Below, piece by piece: positions 27,671 through 36,938 of a DNA stretch of 64,000 nt. This stretch comes from an uncultured Acidobacteriota bacterium. Its GTDB lineage: Bacteria > Acidobacteriota > Terriglobia > Acidiferrales > UBA7541. Numbering within the stretch: position 1 is the first letter of the stretch; each line of letters begins with the position of its first letter. Under the pieces are notes generated by a model that saw only the letters and a list, made by a program, of their open reading frames with translations, was not told the DNA's origin and did not search any database. The translations under genes were made by a program, and so were the position numbers. The stretch is from positions 272,757 to 336,756 of the forward strand of contig CAVRLE010000005.1 in the NCBI GenBank assembly GCA_963721825.1. The letters run 5' to 3'.

Positions 27671-27902
27671 GCCACCTGCATACCGACATCGCTGTATGAG
27701 CAGTACTGGGGTCGGTATCGGTACCGAGATGAATCGCTGATGATCCCTTGCCTAATCTAGTACCTCTGTTGCTGGAATCTTTATTGAACACCGTTCTGAA
27801 TCACCCCTGAACTCATAGTTCTGAATCATATTTGAACCTACCGCTCGAAATCCTCCGTGCGCATACTCTCGCTTCGAGACGTGAGCCCTGCGGAGTGCAT
27901 AG

Positions 27903-28280
27903 ATGAATCCCATCCGAGTGTTAGTTGCAAACCGGCCACGACTGATTCGGGAACTGCTGATGGTGACGATTTCCGATCAACCCGATATCGAAATCGTGGG
28001 TGAGATTCAGGACGAACAGGAACTGGCGAAGGCGGTGGAAGAAACGCGCCCCGATTTTCTGATCGTGGCCCTTGAGAAATCCAATCGTTTACCTGACGTT
28101 TGCAAGGCAATTCTACACAATTATCCACAAGTCCGAATCATCGCCATCGCGTCTGATCGCAACATTTCCATGTTTTATTGGACTTCGCTGCACATAGAGT
28201 CAAATCAGATCGAGACGTCCGAGGCGGGGGTCCTAAGTGCAATTCGCGGAAAAACTCAATCCATGAATACATTGCAATAA
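27903..28280 (+). CDS. stand-alone pseudo-receiver (REC-like) protein
   Basis: REC-like alternation (IRVLVANRPRLIRELL...PDFLIVALEKS...VRIIAIASD). It lacks the acidic pair (AN) and the phospho-acceptor Asp (A). The stop overlaps the next start (TAATG). Confidence 0.7.
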   Translation: MNPIRVLVANRPRLIRELLMVTISDQPDIEIVGEIQDEQELAKAVEETRPDFLIVALEKSNRLPDVCKAILHNYPQVRIIAIASDRNISMFYWTSLHIESNQIETSEAGVLSAIRGKTQSMNTLQ

Positions 28281-31200
28281 TGGCCCGTGAAACGCAAGGC
28301 ATGGACGTGGAGACAATTCGAGTGTCAATAAAATACATATTCAGAACGGCTGGCATTCTGATCGCTATTTTGTCCGGTTGCATCGTTACGCCGGCGCAAA
28401 ATCAGCGTCCTGCTCCCATGCCGAGTTCTGATCTCGGCCGCGCCAATCTAAATCGGGTGTCGGCGTCTGCAGCGGAAATCAAAGTTGTGTTGATCAAGGA
28501 CCCAGGGTTGATGGTGGAGCTGAAGCGGTGGGTGGCCAAGGACGCGACGGACCACGGCCAGATCCTCCGAGACGAGGATATGACTGACGACGCGATCTTT
28601 GATCGATTGACCGCGGATATTCAGTTCAGATCGACAGCGACCCTACTCGTCCAGCGCTACGGTTATCTAGTTCCAAAGTTAAATCCAGACTCGGATGCCG
28701 GCAAAGAGCACGAACTCCTTGTCCAGGAGCGGGTGAAGTGGGCCACGCAGCACGCCGAAGAGGGCCGAGCCAAGGCTCACGCGAAGACGGAAGAAGCGCT
28801 CGAAAAGGCTCGCGCGTGTGAAGAGCAAGATGAGCAACTTTGTCCGGATTTGCAGCGCTCTTCAAGGCCATCGCCCAGGGCTGGCTATGAACAGGGCCAG
28901 GACCAAGATAACGGGACGGGAGATCTACCGTCGAGAAGTAATCCCACGTACCCGAATCTAACGTCTCCCTCCGAAGGCGGCGGCACAAGCCCACTCGAAC
29001 GCGCCCAGCTGATGCAGACGACCGGCGAAGACGGAACCGAAATCCCGAGGCTTCCGGGCGGAGAGCTGCTTAGTTCTGGCGGTTCTGCGGACGGGATGAT
29101 GCTCCCCGGGATGACGCCGGACCTTATGATGCAGCAGATGAATGGTGGTGGAACCACGGGTCTGTCATTGGGTGCGGGCACATCAGCCGGCATGCGGAGC
29201 AGGGGGGACATCGAGTTACAGAGCGCTTTGTTCGGACTTTCCGGGAACGATTCTGAATCGGACGCGCCGACTTTCGATGTACTCGAAGCGAATCCCATGA
29301 GCAATTCGGCTGGCTCTCCCCTGTTCCGTAATGCGACAGAAGGGGCTCGGCAGCCATTTAGTGAATCGAGCAAGCGAAAGGAAGCGCGACAGCCGGCGGC
29401 GATGATCCGCCAGCCAAATCCGTATAACGACATTCCATCCTTGTACGAGATGTACGTGCAGGCAGTGCCTCGTCCAACCACGCCGAGGCGTTTCGGGGTC
29501 GATGTTTTCGAAAACCGACGGAGAGACTCTCGAGTCATTCCGATGGACCTTCCGGCAGGTCCCGATTACGTCGTGGGACCGGGCGATGGTCTAAAGATCG
29601 ATCTGTGGGGCAGCGTGTCGCGCCGCTTCACGAGGACAGTCGATCGCGAAGGAAGAGTAAGTTTACCTGAGGTCGGGCCTGTGCTGGTGAGTGGCCGGAG
29701 CCTCGCCGATGTGCAAGAAAATGTGCAGCAGATTCTCCGAACGCAGTTCCGTGATGTTTCCGCCGACGTTTCGCTCGCGCGGCTCAGGACTGTTCGTGTG
29801 TACGAAGTGGGAGATGTGGCGAATCCCGGCGCCTACGACGTCAGTTCACTGTCAACCCCTCTGAATGCTCTGTTCAGCGCGGGCGGGCCGACGTCAAGGG
29901 GCTCACTACGGATTCTGAAGCACTATCGCGGGAACCAACTCGTGCAGGAGGTGGATGTGTACGACCTACTACTGCATGGAGTGAAGGGCAACATCGCGCG
30001 TTTGGAGAACGGCGACAGTGTGCTGGTGCCGCCGATAGGCCCCCAGGTGACCATCGAGGGCATGGTAAGGCGCCCGGCGATTTACGAAATGAAGGACGAA
30101 AAGAATCTCGCGAGTGCTCTCGAGCTGGCTGGCGGGCTGCTTCCGACCGCGGCACTGAGGCATATCGAGGTCGAGCGCACTATGGCGCACGAGAAAAAAA
30201 CGATGCTGAGCTTCGACATTCCCGATGCAGACGCAAAAGATTCAGGGGAAGTGACGAAAAAGCTCGAATCTTTTGAGATCAAAGACGGCGACCGCATCCG
30301 GGTGTTTCCGATCGCGCCTTACAACCAGGACGCGATTTACCTCGAAGGGCACGTAATCCGACCGGGACGCTATTCATACCGTTCGGAGATGCGTGTTACG
30401 GATGTGGTGGCGTCGTACAAAGATCTGCTCCCGGAACCGGCTACGCAGTACGCCGAAATCATTCGGCTGAACCAGCCGGACTATCACCCGAGCGTGGAAA
30501 GTTTCGACCTTGCCGATGCGCTGGCGAATCCCGAACAAGCTCCGATGCTCCGGCCGATGGACACCATCCGCGTATACAGCCGGTTCGACTTCGAGAATCC
30601 TCCAGTGGTATCGGTGTGGGGCGATGTGCGCACTCCGGGAACGTTTCGAACTGTGGGTCAAGTTCGTCTGAGCGACGCGGTGCACCTGGCCGGAGGGCTG
30701 GGACCGGACGCACAAACTGGAGACGCGCAGGTGTTTCGCTATCTGCCAGACGGGAAATTGAAGATCTTCAGTGTAAGTCTGAGTGGTGCGATGGGGGGCG
30801 AGTCCTCTGCGAACATCATGCTCGAACCCCGCGATCGCCTGCTGATTCATCGGAATCCCGACGCCGTGGAACCCGCGACAGTTAATGTGGAAGGCGAAGT
30901 TGGCAAGCCCGGCCGCTATCCGTTGACAACTAATATGACGGTTGGAGAGTTGATCAAGGTGGGAGGCGGACTCAAACCCAGCGCAGACGCGCAGACAGCC
31001 GACCTAACGCGTTATGTGTACAAAGGCAACACACTGCTTGGAGAACACGAGGCCATTTCAATTTCGGCCGCGCTCGCGGGCGACGCAAGCTCAAACCCAT
31101 CACTGCACAACGGCGACGTCCTTACCGTCCGGCAGCTTCCTGATTGGAACGATCTCGGCGCGTTAATCGCGGTCAAGGGAGAAGTGAACCATCCAGGTTC

Positions 31201-31912
31201 GTACGGTATCCGGCCTGGCGAGCGGCTGAGTTCGGTTCTCGAGCGAGCTGGAGGATTCCAGCCTGGTGCCTACCCCTACGGCGCGATTCTTCAGAGGGCT
31301 CAAGTGCGTGAATTGGAAACCAAGCAGCGCGACGAAACGATTTTAAGAGTCAAAGACCAGCAAAACGTACTTGAGGCCATGCCGGAAGCGGATCTGCGGC
31401 AGAAGCAGGTAAAGGAAGCCGCGCTCCAGCAATACCGGACAACCCTCACTCAGCTGAGCGCCAACCCGCCTGTGGGGCGCGTGGATATCAAGATATCGTC
31501 AAATGTAGCGGAGTGGAAAAACACCACAAACGATATTCAGGTTCGTGCCGGAGACATGCTGATCATTCCGAAAGCTTCGAGTTATGTGATGGTAACAGGT
31601 CAAGTATTCAATCCGACCGCTGTTTCCTATCGCCCGGGGAAGAGCGCCAAATGGTATCTCAGCCAGTCGGGAGGTCCGACGCAGATGGCGAACAAGAAGG
31701 CGATTTTTGTAATTCGCGCGGACGGATCGGTCATTGGGTCAAAAGACAGTCCGTGGAGCGGAAGTTCGCTGGGAGCGGTTTTGCATCCAGGAGATACAGT
31801 GGTTGTACCCGAGAAGGCAATCGGTCCCGGCGTGAATTGGCAGAACATCTTCGCTGCGGCTCAAGTTGCCTCGGCGATAGCGAGCACGGTGTTTATTGCT
31901 TTGCGGTACTAG
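28280..31912 (+). CDS. giant polysaccharide export protein (Wza/Poly_export with multiple SLBB domains)
   Basis: Poly_export motif YVVGPGDGLKIDLWGSVSRRFTRTVDREGRVSLPEVGPVLVSG, followed by at least 5 SLBB-like units (…V.V.G.V..PG.Y.......L.D.I..AGG…). A low-complexity segment of about 200 aa covers roughly 28740-29400. Confidence 0.9.
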   Translation: MARETQGMDVETIRVSIKYIFRTAGILIAILSGCIVTPAQNQRPAPMPSSDLGRANLNRVSASAAEIKVVLIKDPGLMVELKRWVAKDATDHGQILRDEDMTDDAIFDRLTADIQFRSTATLLVQRYGYLVPKLNPDSDAGKEHELLVQERVKWATQHAEEGRAKAHAKTEEALEKARACEEQDEQLCPDLQRSSRPSPRAGYEQGQDQDNGTGDLPSRSNPTYPNLTSPSEGGGTSPLERAQLMQTTGEDGTEIPRLPGGELLSSGGSADGMMLPGMTPDLMMQQMNGGGTTGLSLGAGTSAGMRSRGDIELQSALFGLSGNDSESDAPTFDVLEANPMSNSAGSPLFRNATEGARQPFSESSKRKEARQPAAMIRQPNPYNDIPSLYEMYVQAVPRPTTPRRFGVDVFENRRRDSRVIPMDLPAGPDYVVGPGDGLKIDLWGSVSRRFTRTVDREGRVSLPEVGPVLVSGRSLADVQENVQQILRTQFRDVSADVSLARLRTVRVYEVGDVANPGAYDVSSLSTPLNALFSAGGPTSRGSLRILKHYRGNQLVQEVDVYDLLLHGVKGNIARLENGDSVLVPPIGPQVTIEGMVRRPAIYEMKDEKNLASALELAGGLLPTAALRHIEVERTMAHEKKTMLSFDIPDADAKDSGEVTKKLESFEIKDGDRIRVFPIAPYNQDAIYLEGHVIRPGRYSYRSEMRVTDVVASYKDLLPEPATQYAEIIRLNQPDYHPSVESFDLADALANPEQAPMLRPMDTIRVYSRFDFENPPVVSVWGDVRTPGTFRTVGQVRLSDAVHLAGGLGPDAQTGDAQVFRYLPDGKLKIFSVSLSGAMGGESSANIMLEPRDRLLIHRNPDAVEPATVNVEGEVGKPGRYPLTTNMTVGELIKVGGGLKPSADAQTADLTRYVYKGNTLLGEHEAISISAALAGDASSNPSLHNGDVLTVRQLPDWNDLGALIAVKGEVNHPGSYGIRPGERLSSVLERAGGFQPGAYPYGAILQRAQVRELETKQRDETILRVKDQQNVLEAMPEADLRQKQVKEAALQQYRTTLTQLSANPPVGRVDIKISSNVAEWKNTTNDIQVRAGDMLIIPKASSYVMVTGQVFNPTAVSYRPGKSAKWYLSQSGGPTQMANKKAIFVIRADGSVIGSKDSPWSGSSLGAVLHPGDTVVVPEKAIGPGVNWQNIFAAAQVASAIASTVFIALRY

Positions 31913-31924
31913 TGGGAACGCAAG

Positions 31925-34411
31925 ATGAGCCAAGGGTGGATGGGAGCGGCGGCTTGGCTCGTTCTTGCGGTCACGGCTGCGGCCACGGGGCCCGCCTGCT
32001 ACGCGTCACCTCAAGAGCGGCCCGATGAGGCGGGGCCACAAGAGAGCACAAGTACGCGGCAGGTTCAAGATTCGGGCGCTGTGTTTCCGTCTGACCCGAA
32101 CGCTCTGAGATCGGCAGAACACGAGAACTCAGTCGGGATTCGCTTCATCGAGCATCTGGCGCAGGATCAGCGGGCGATCTGGACGAGTCCGGCCCACTTG
32201 CATCTGTCTGACGCGGACTGGCTGGTACCACTCGGGATCGCGACGGGCGCGATGCTGGCGACGGACACGGAATACAGCAAGCATCTCTCGAATTCGCCCA
32301 GCCGGTTGAAGTACAGCAACGATTTGTCGAACTACGGGCTTGGTGCAATGGCAGGAGTGGGCGCTGGGCTCTACCTTTGGGGTGAGATGGGGCACGACGA
32401 ACATAAGAGCGAGACCGGCTTACTCGCCGGTGAGGCGGCGATCGATAGCTTCGCCGTTACCTATGGCTTGAAATATGCGTTTGGACGGCAGCGGCCAATG
32501 ACGAACAACTACCAAGGGAACTTTTTTAGCGGCGGCGATTCATTTCCGTCCGAACATGCAGCGGCGGCGTGGTCCATCGCAAGCGTGATTGCGCACGAAT
32601 ATCCCGGCCCACTCACGACACTGCTCGCATACGGCGCCGCGTCCGCCATCAGCGTTTCACGGATCACGGCGAAGCAGCACTTCCCGACGGACGTTCTAAT
32701 CGGAAGCGCGATCGGTTGGTTTGTGGGGCAGTACGTCTATCGCAAGCACCATGACCACGAACTCGGAGGCGGAGAATGGGAGAGTTACGCTGAGTCCCAC
32801 GATGAGGGCCCAGGGCGAAGGTCTACAAGCATCGGCTCGCCTTACGTCGAGCTCGACAGTTGGATCTATCCCGCGATCGAACGGCTCGCGGCATTAGGCT
32901 ATATTCACACGGCGTTTCTCGGGTTGCGTCCCTGGACCCGCATCGAGTGTGCTCACCTTGTGGAGGAAGCTGGCGATCGAATTCGCGGGGAAACACAAGA
33001 TCCTCGAGACGTGAAGCGGCTCTATGACGCGCTGGCGAAGGAATTCAGGGAGGATCTGGACGCTGCGTCAGGAGGGAAGGAGCGCTCTGCGAAAGTCGAA
33101 TCGATCTACGCTCGTACGATGGGAATCGACGGCAAGCCCTTGAACGATAGCTATCACTTCGGTCAGACGATCATCAACGATTACGGCCGGCCATATCAGG
33201 AAGGGTTCAACACCGTCGATGGTTTTTCAGGGTACGCCACCGAAGGGCGGTTCACGCTATACGTCCGCGGCGAATACCAGCACGCGCCCTCGGCGCCGGC
33301 GTACTCCGATGCAGTGCGCAACGTCATTGCGAATGTCGACTCCAACCCCGTACAACCGGCCGCTCCCATCGCTGCGGTGAATCGGTTTGAACTGCTTGAC
33401 ACCTACGTCGGAGCCAGCCTTGGAGGGTGGAACCTGACGTTTGGGAAGCAAAGTTTATGGTGGGGACCTGACTACGGCAGCGAGCTCATTTTCAGCAACA
33501 ACGCCGAGCCAATCTATATGTTCCGAGTGAGCCGCATCACTCCTTTCACGCTTCCCTGGATTTTTCATTGGCTCGGGCCGATGAAGACAGAAGCCTTCTT
33601 CGGGAAGCTCTCGGGAAATGAGTTTCCTCCGCGTCCGGTCATCCACGGCGAGAAGATCAGTTTTAAGCCGACTCCAAACCTGGAATTCGGATTCGCCCGT
33701 CTCTCGGAACTAGGAGGGGTGGGCCGGGCACTAACGCCGGCAGCCATCTTCAACAGCTATTTCAGCCTTCGTAACTCGTTTCGCTACGCGTCAAACGACA
33801 ATCCAGGAAAACGAACCGGGGGCTTTGATTTCTCTTACCGACTCCCATTTTTACGCAACTGGCTGACGCTTTACCTCGATTCGCTTTCAGCAGATGACGT
33901 GTCGCCCATTGCTGCGCCGAGGCGCGCGGCCGTGAATCCGGGTTTGTACTTGAGCCACGTACCGAAACTTCGGCAATTGGATTTTCGAGTTGAAGCCGTG
34001 AACACCAATACCGTTCATTCGACTGCCGCCCGTAACCAACTTGGAGGTGGGCACTTTGTTTACTGGGATCAGGTCTACCACGACTTGTCTACAAACAAGA
34101 ACAACATCATTGGGAGCTGGATCGGAAGACAAGGCCAAGGCATTCAAGCATGGAGCACTTACTGGTTTAGCCCTCGTAACAGCATTCAAGTGGGGTATCG
34201 GCACGCAAAGGTCGCGAGCGACTTCATTCCCGGGGGCGAAACGGTGAATGACGGGTCGGTCTCCGCAAACTGGTGGGTGCGCACAGACCTTAGCGTCTCG
34301 GCATTCGTACAGTATGAGAAATGGCTAGCGCCCGTGTTGGCTCCGAACCCGCAAACGAATTGGACCACGTCGGTTCAGGTCGCTTTTTGGCCTCGCTCGT
34401 GGAGCAAGTGA
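31925..34411 (+). CDS. PAP2 phosphatase domain fused to a Wzi-like capsule-assembly outer-membrane beta-barrel
   Basis: All three PAP2 motifs are present: KYAFGRQRP, PSEH and SRITAKQHFPTD. Next comes ELDSWIYPAIERLAALGYI, and then a beta-rich region of about 500 aa ending VQVAFWPRSW, as in Wzi-family proteins. Confidence 0.8.
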   Translation: MSQGWMGAAAWLVLAVTAAATGPACYASPQERPDEAGPQESTSTRQVQDSGAVFPSDPNALRSAEHENSVGIRFIEHLAQDQRAIWTSPAHLHLSDADWLVPLGIATGAMLATDTEYSKHLSNSPSRLKYSNDLSNYGLGAMAGVGAGLYLWGEMGHDEHKSETGLLAGEAAIDSFAVTYGLKYAFGRQRPMTNNYQGNFFSGGDSFPSEHAAAAWSIASVIAHEYPGPLTTLLAYGAASAISVSRITAKQHFPTDVLIGSAIGWFVGQYVYRKHHDHELGGGEWESYAESHDEGPGRRSTSIGSPYVELDSWIYPAIERLAALGYIHTAFLGLRPWTRIECAHLVEEAGDRIRGETQDPRDVKRLYDALAKEFREDLDAASGGKERSAKVESIYARTMGIDGKPLNDSYHFGQTIINDYGRPYQEGFNTVDGFSGYATEGRFTLYVRGEYQHAPSAPAYSDAVRNVIANVDSNPVQPAAPIAAVNRFELLDTYVGASLGGWNLTFGKQSLWWGPDYGSELIFSNNAEPIYMFRVSRITPFTLPWIFHWLGPMKTEAFFGKLSGNEFPPRPVIHGEKISFKPTPNLEFGFARLSELGGVGRALTPAAIFNSYFSLRNSFRYASNDNPGKRTGGFDFSYRLPFLRNWLTLYLDSLSADDVSPIAAPRRAAVNPGLYLSHVPKLRQLDFRVEAVNTNTVHSTAARNQLGGGHFVYWDQVYHDLSTNKNNIIGSWIGRQGQGIQAWSTYWFSPRNSIQVGYRHAKVASDFIPGGETVNDGSVSANWWVRTDLSVSAFVQYEKWLAPVLAPNPQTNWTTSVQVAFWPRSWSK

Positions 34412-34448
34412 AGAGAATCGCTGGTGGGAAGGTTGAGAGGATCTTGGA

Positions 34449-35924
34449 GTGACGCCAACGGCTACTAATCCGCAACCAGAAGCCATGGTTGACCCTGATT
34501 CTCGGGGAGACTTCGAACCAATCGAGGACCCACGAATTGCGCGAGAGCGAATGATTGCGCGCTTCCGCACTCTGTGGGCCGAGCGGCGGTTCCTCTTCCG
34601 AGTGACCGTAGCGGCGCTTCTCGCGAGCACACTAATCGTCTTTCTGATACCCAACCGGTATGAATCCGCCGTTCAATTGATGCCACCCGATTCACATTCC
34701 GGTGAGGGCCTTTCGTTGTTGGCGGGGCTGGCTGGCGGCAACAAACAGGCCGACAACCTCGGTCTCCTCGCGGGGGATTTGCTTGGCATGAAGACAACGG
34801 GGGCGCTCTTTGTGGGTGTCTTGAAAAGCCGGACGGCGTTGGATCGAATTGTCGATCGGTACGACCTAAGAAAAGTCTACGGAGAAAAGTTGGAGCTGAA
34901 GGCTCGCGAGAAGCTAGCGGAGAGAACAGAAATCTCTGAGGACCGAAAAAGCGGAATCATAAAAGTGACCGTGACGGATCGCGATCCGAAGCGCGCTGCG
35001 GCGATCGCTGGTTCCTACGTCAACGAGCTCGACACTCTGATGGCTCAATTGACGACATCATCTGCGCACCGCGAGCGTGTGTTCTTGGAGCAGCGTCTAG
35101 CGGGCGTGAACCAAGATCTGGAAACTGCTGAAAAAGAGTTCAGTCAGTTTGCCAGCAAGAACGCAACGCTCGACATCACCGAACAGGGCAAGGCGATGGT
35201 CGTGGCTGCAGCCACGCTGGAAGGCCAACTCATCGCTGCACAATCGGAGCTCGAAGGGCTCAGGCAGATATATACCGACAGTAATGTGCGGGTCCGCTCA
35301 GTCGAGGCGCGTATCAGCGAACTGCGAAAACAGCTTCAAAAAATCGGCGGAAAGGCCGGCGAGGCTCCTCCGGAAGATGGCGAGTCAACCTCCGACCTTC
35401 CATACCCCAGCCTCCGCCAATTGCCAGTCCTTGGCGTGCCATTCGCGGATAAGTTTCGGCAGTTAAAGGTACAGGAAGTAGTTTTTGAAACCCTCACAAA
35501 ACAATACGAAATAGCAAAGGTCCAAGAAGCGAAGGAGATTCCGACAGTCAAGGTGTTGGATCGGCCGGAGGTGCCGGAGCGGAAGTCTTTCCCACCGCGC
35601 CTGCTGCTGACGCTTCTAGGGACGTGCGTGGCATTTCTGGCTGGTTGCGTGTGGCTGTTCGCGCGGCGGCACTGGGACTCGATGGACCCTGAAGATCCGG
35701 GGAAGCAGTTTGCCATCGACGTTGCCACCACGGTGAGAACCGAAGCAGCCCGGCTGGCACCAGTCGGCGGGATGTTGCGCAGCATGGCTGGAAAGCCGGA
35801 GACGAAAAATGGCAGCGAAACGGATAAAGAAGAGGCTATCCGTGAGAAGGCGAATGTCAAACGAGGAGCGCCTGCAAGCTCGGAGCCGGGATTGTCTCGG
35901 GCCACAGGCAAGGGTCTTGGTTAG
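34449..35924 (+). CDS. polysaccharide chain-length determinant (Wzz/GumC-type PCP) without kinase domain
   Basis: Wzz N-terminus (RRFLFRVTVAALLASTLIVFLIPNRYESAVQLMPP), a long coiled-coil periplasmic region and a second TM (LLLTLLGTCVAFLAGCVWLFA). No Walker A motif in the tail. Confidence 0.85.
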   Translation: MTPTATNPQPEAMVDPDSRGDFEPIEDPRIARERMIARFRTLWAERRFLFRVTVAALLASTLIVFLIPNRYESAVQLMPPDSHSGEGLSLLAGLAGGNKQADNLGLLAGDLLGMKTTGALFVGVLKSRTALDRIVDRYDLRKVYGEKLELKAREKLAERTEISEDRKSGIIKVTVTDRDPKRAAAIAGSYVNELDTLMAQLTTSSAHRERVFLEQRLAGVNQDLETAEKEFSQFASKNATLDITEQGKAMVVAAATLEGQLIAAQSELEGLRQIYTDSNVRVRSVEARISELRKQLQKIGGKAGEAPPEDGESTSDLPYPSLRQLPVLGVPFADKFRQLKVQEVVFETLTKQYEIAKVQEAKEIPTVKVLDRPEVPERKSFPPRLLLTLLGTCVAFLAGCVWLFARRHWDSMDPEDPGKQFAIDVATTVRTEAARLAPVGGMLRSMAGKPETKNGSETDKEEAIREKANVKRGAPASSEPGLSRATGKGLG

Positions 35925-36140
35925 TAGTTGAACAGATAGAGACTTGGAACATTCATGTGTCCTTGTCCGGCATTGGCAAATCTTGGAACTTGGTTCGTCT
36001 GGGCCCAAAACCAAAAGATGACGAAGCGTCGAAAATAGGGCGCTCAATTTTGCTGTAACTATTTATTCTAAAAGGGGTTAGGTCACAAATGCCCTGTGAG
36101 TGACGGGGCGGAGCTGGCGGCAGAGTCCAAGGAGCTCAAG

Positions 36141-36710
36141 ATGGCGGTTTCTGCGGTTCAATTTCTCGACCCAAGAGAAGAGACGATTTTGTCGAGAGAT
36201 TCCTTGCAGTTGTGCTGGTACGCCGCCTACACGAGGGCGAATCACGAAAAACGGGTGCGCGACCAGCTCGAACAGAGGTCCGTCGAGTCGTTCCTCCCGC
36301 TTTACGGAACCTCGCGTCGGTGGAAAGACCGCTGGATGCGCTTACGAATGCCTCTTTTCCCCGGCTACGTGTTTGTTCGGATGGCGCCAGTCGACCGTTT
36401 GCGGGTGTTGCAAGTTCCTAGCGTCGTACGTCTCGTCGGTTTCGATGGACACCTGTCACAGTTGCCTGATGAAGAAATCGAAGGGTTGAAAAAAGGCTTG
36501 GCTGGCGTTCGTGCCGAGCCGCACCCGTTCTTGACCGTTGGTCGTCGCGTGCGAATTAAGTGCGGCCCTCTGGAGGGGAGGCAAGGCGTTCTATTAAGGA
36601 GGAAAGGAATTTTGCGAGTTGTCCTCTCAATCGACCTCATCATGCGGTCCATCGCGGTTGATATTGATGTTGCCGATGTGGAGCCATTGGTTCATGGTGG
36701 CCCGCTCTAA
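36141..36710 (+). CDS. NusG-family specialised paralog (UpxY/LoaP-like transcription antiterminator)
   Basis: AAGGAG SD. NGN domain WYAAYTRANHEKRVRDQLEQRSVESFLPL...LFPGYVFVRM. KOW domain VGRRVRIKCGPLEGRQGVLL. Confidence 0.85.
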   Translation: MAVSAVQFLDPREETILSRDSLQLCWYAAYTRANHEKRVRDQLEQRSVESFLPLYGTSRRWKDRWMRLRMPLFPGYVFVRMAPVDRLRVLQVPSVVRLVGFDGHLSQLPDEEIEGLKKGLAGVRAEPHPFLTVGRRVRIKCGPLEGRQGVLLRRKGILRVVLSIDLIMRSIAVDIDVADVEPLVHGGPL

Positions 36711-36938
36711 TGTGCTGCACTATTACGGTGAATCCTTTTTGAAGACTGCGATCGAGAAGATTGGGGGGGAATCAAGACAGTCAACGTAAGTGAGGTAGAT
36801 CATCTGGTGACCGATTTCCAGGTCGTCGGTGCGCCGCGAACGCGCGTTTCTCGACGAGTGGCTTGCGGTCGTCAAGCACGATCTGGACCAGGTCTCCAAA
36901 GAGTTCAGCCACTTCACAGACGTGATTGCCAATAAGCC

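Noticed and set aside
35935-36005. Possible sigma-54 promoter (TGGCAA-N-TTGG) and duplicated CTTGGAAC motif upstream of the NusG paralog
   Set aside because: The -12 element does not match TTGC and the spacing is off. No enhancer-binding protein is encoded nearby. The evidence is too weak to call.
36780-36800. ops-like antiterminator recruitment element
   Set aside because: Only GGTAG of the 12-nt ops consensus is present. It is mentioned in the finding but not annotated.
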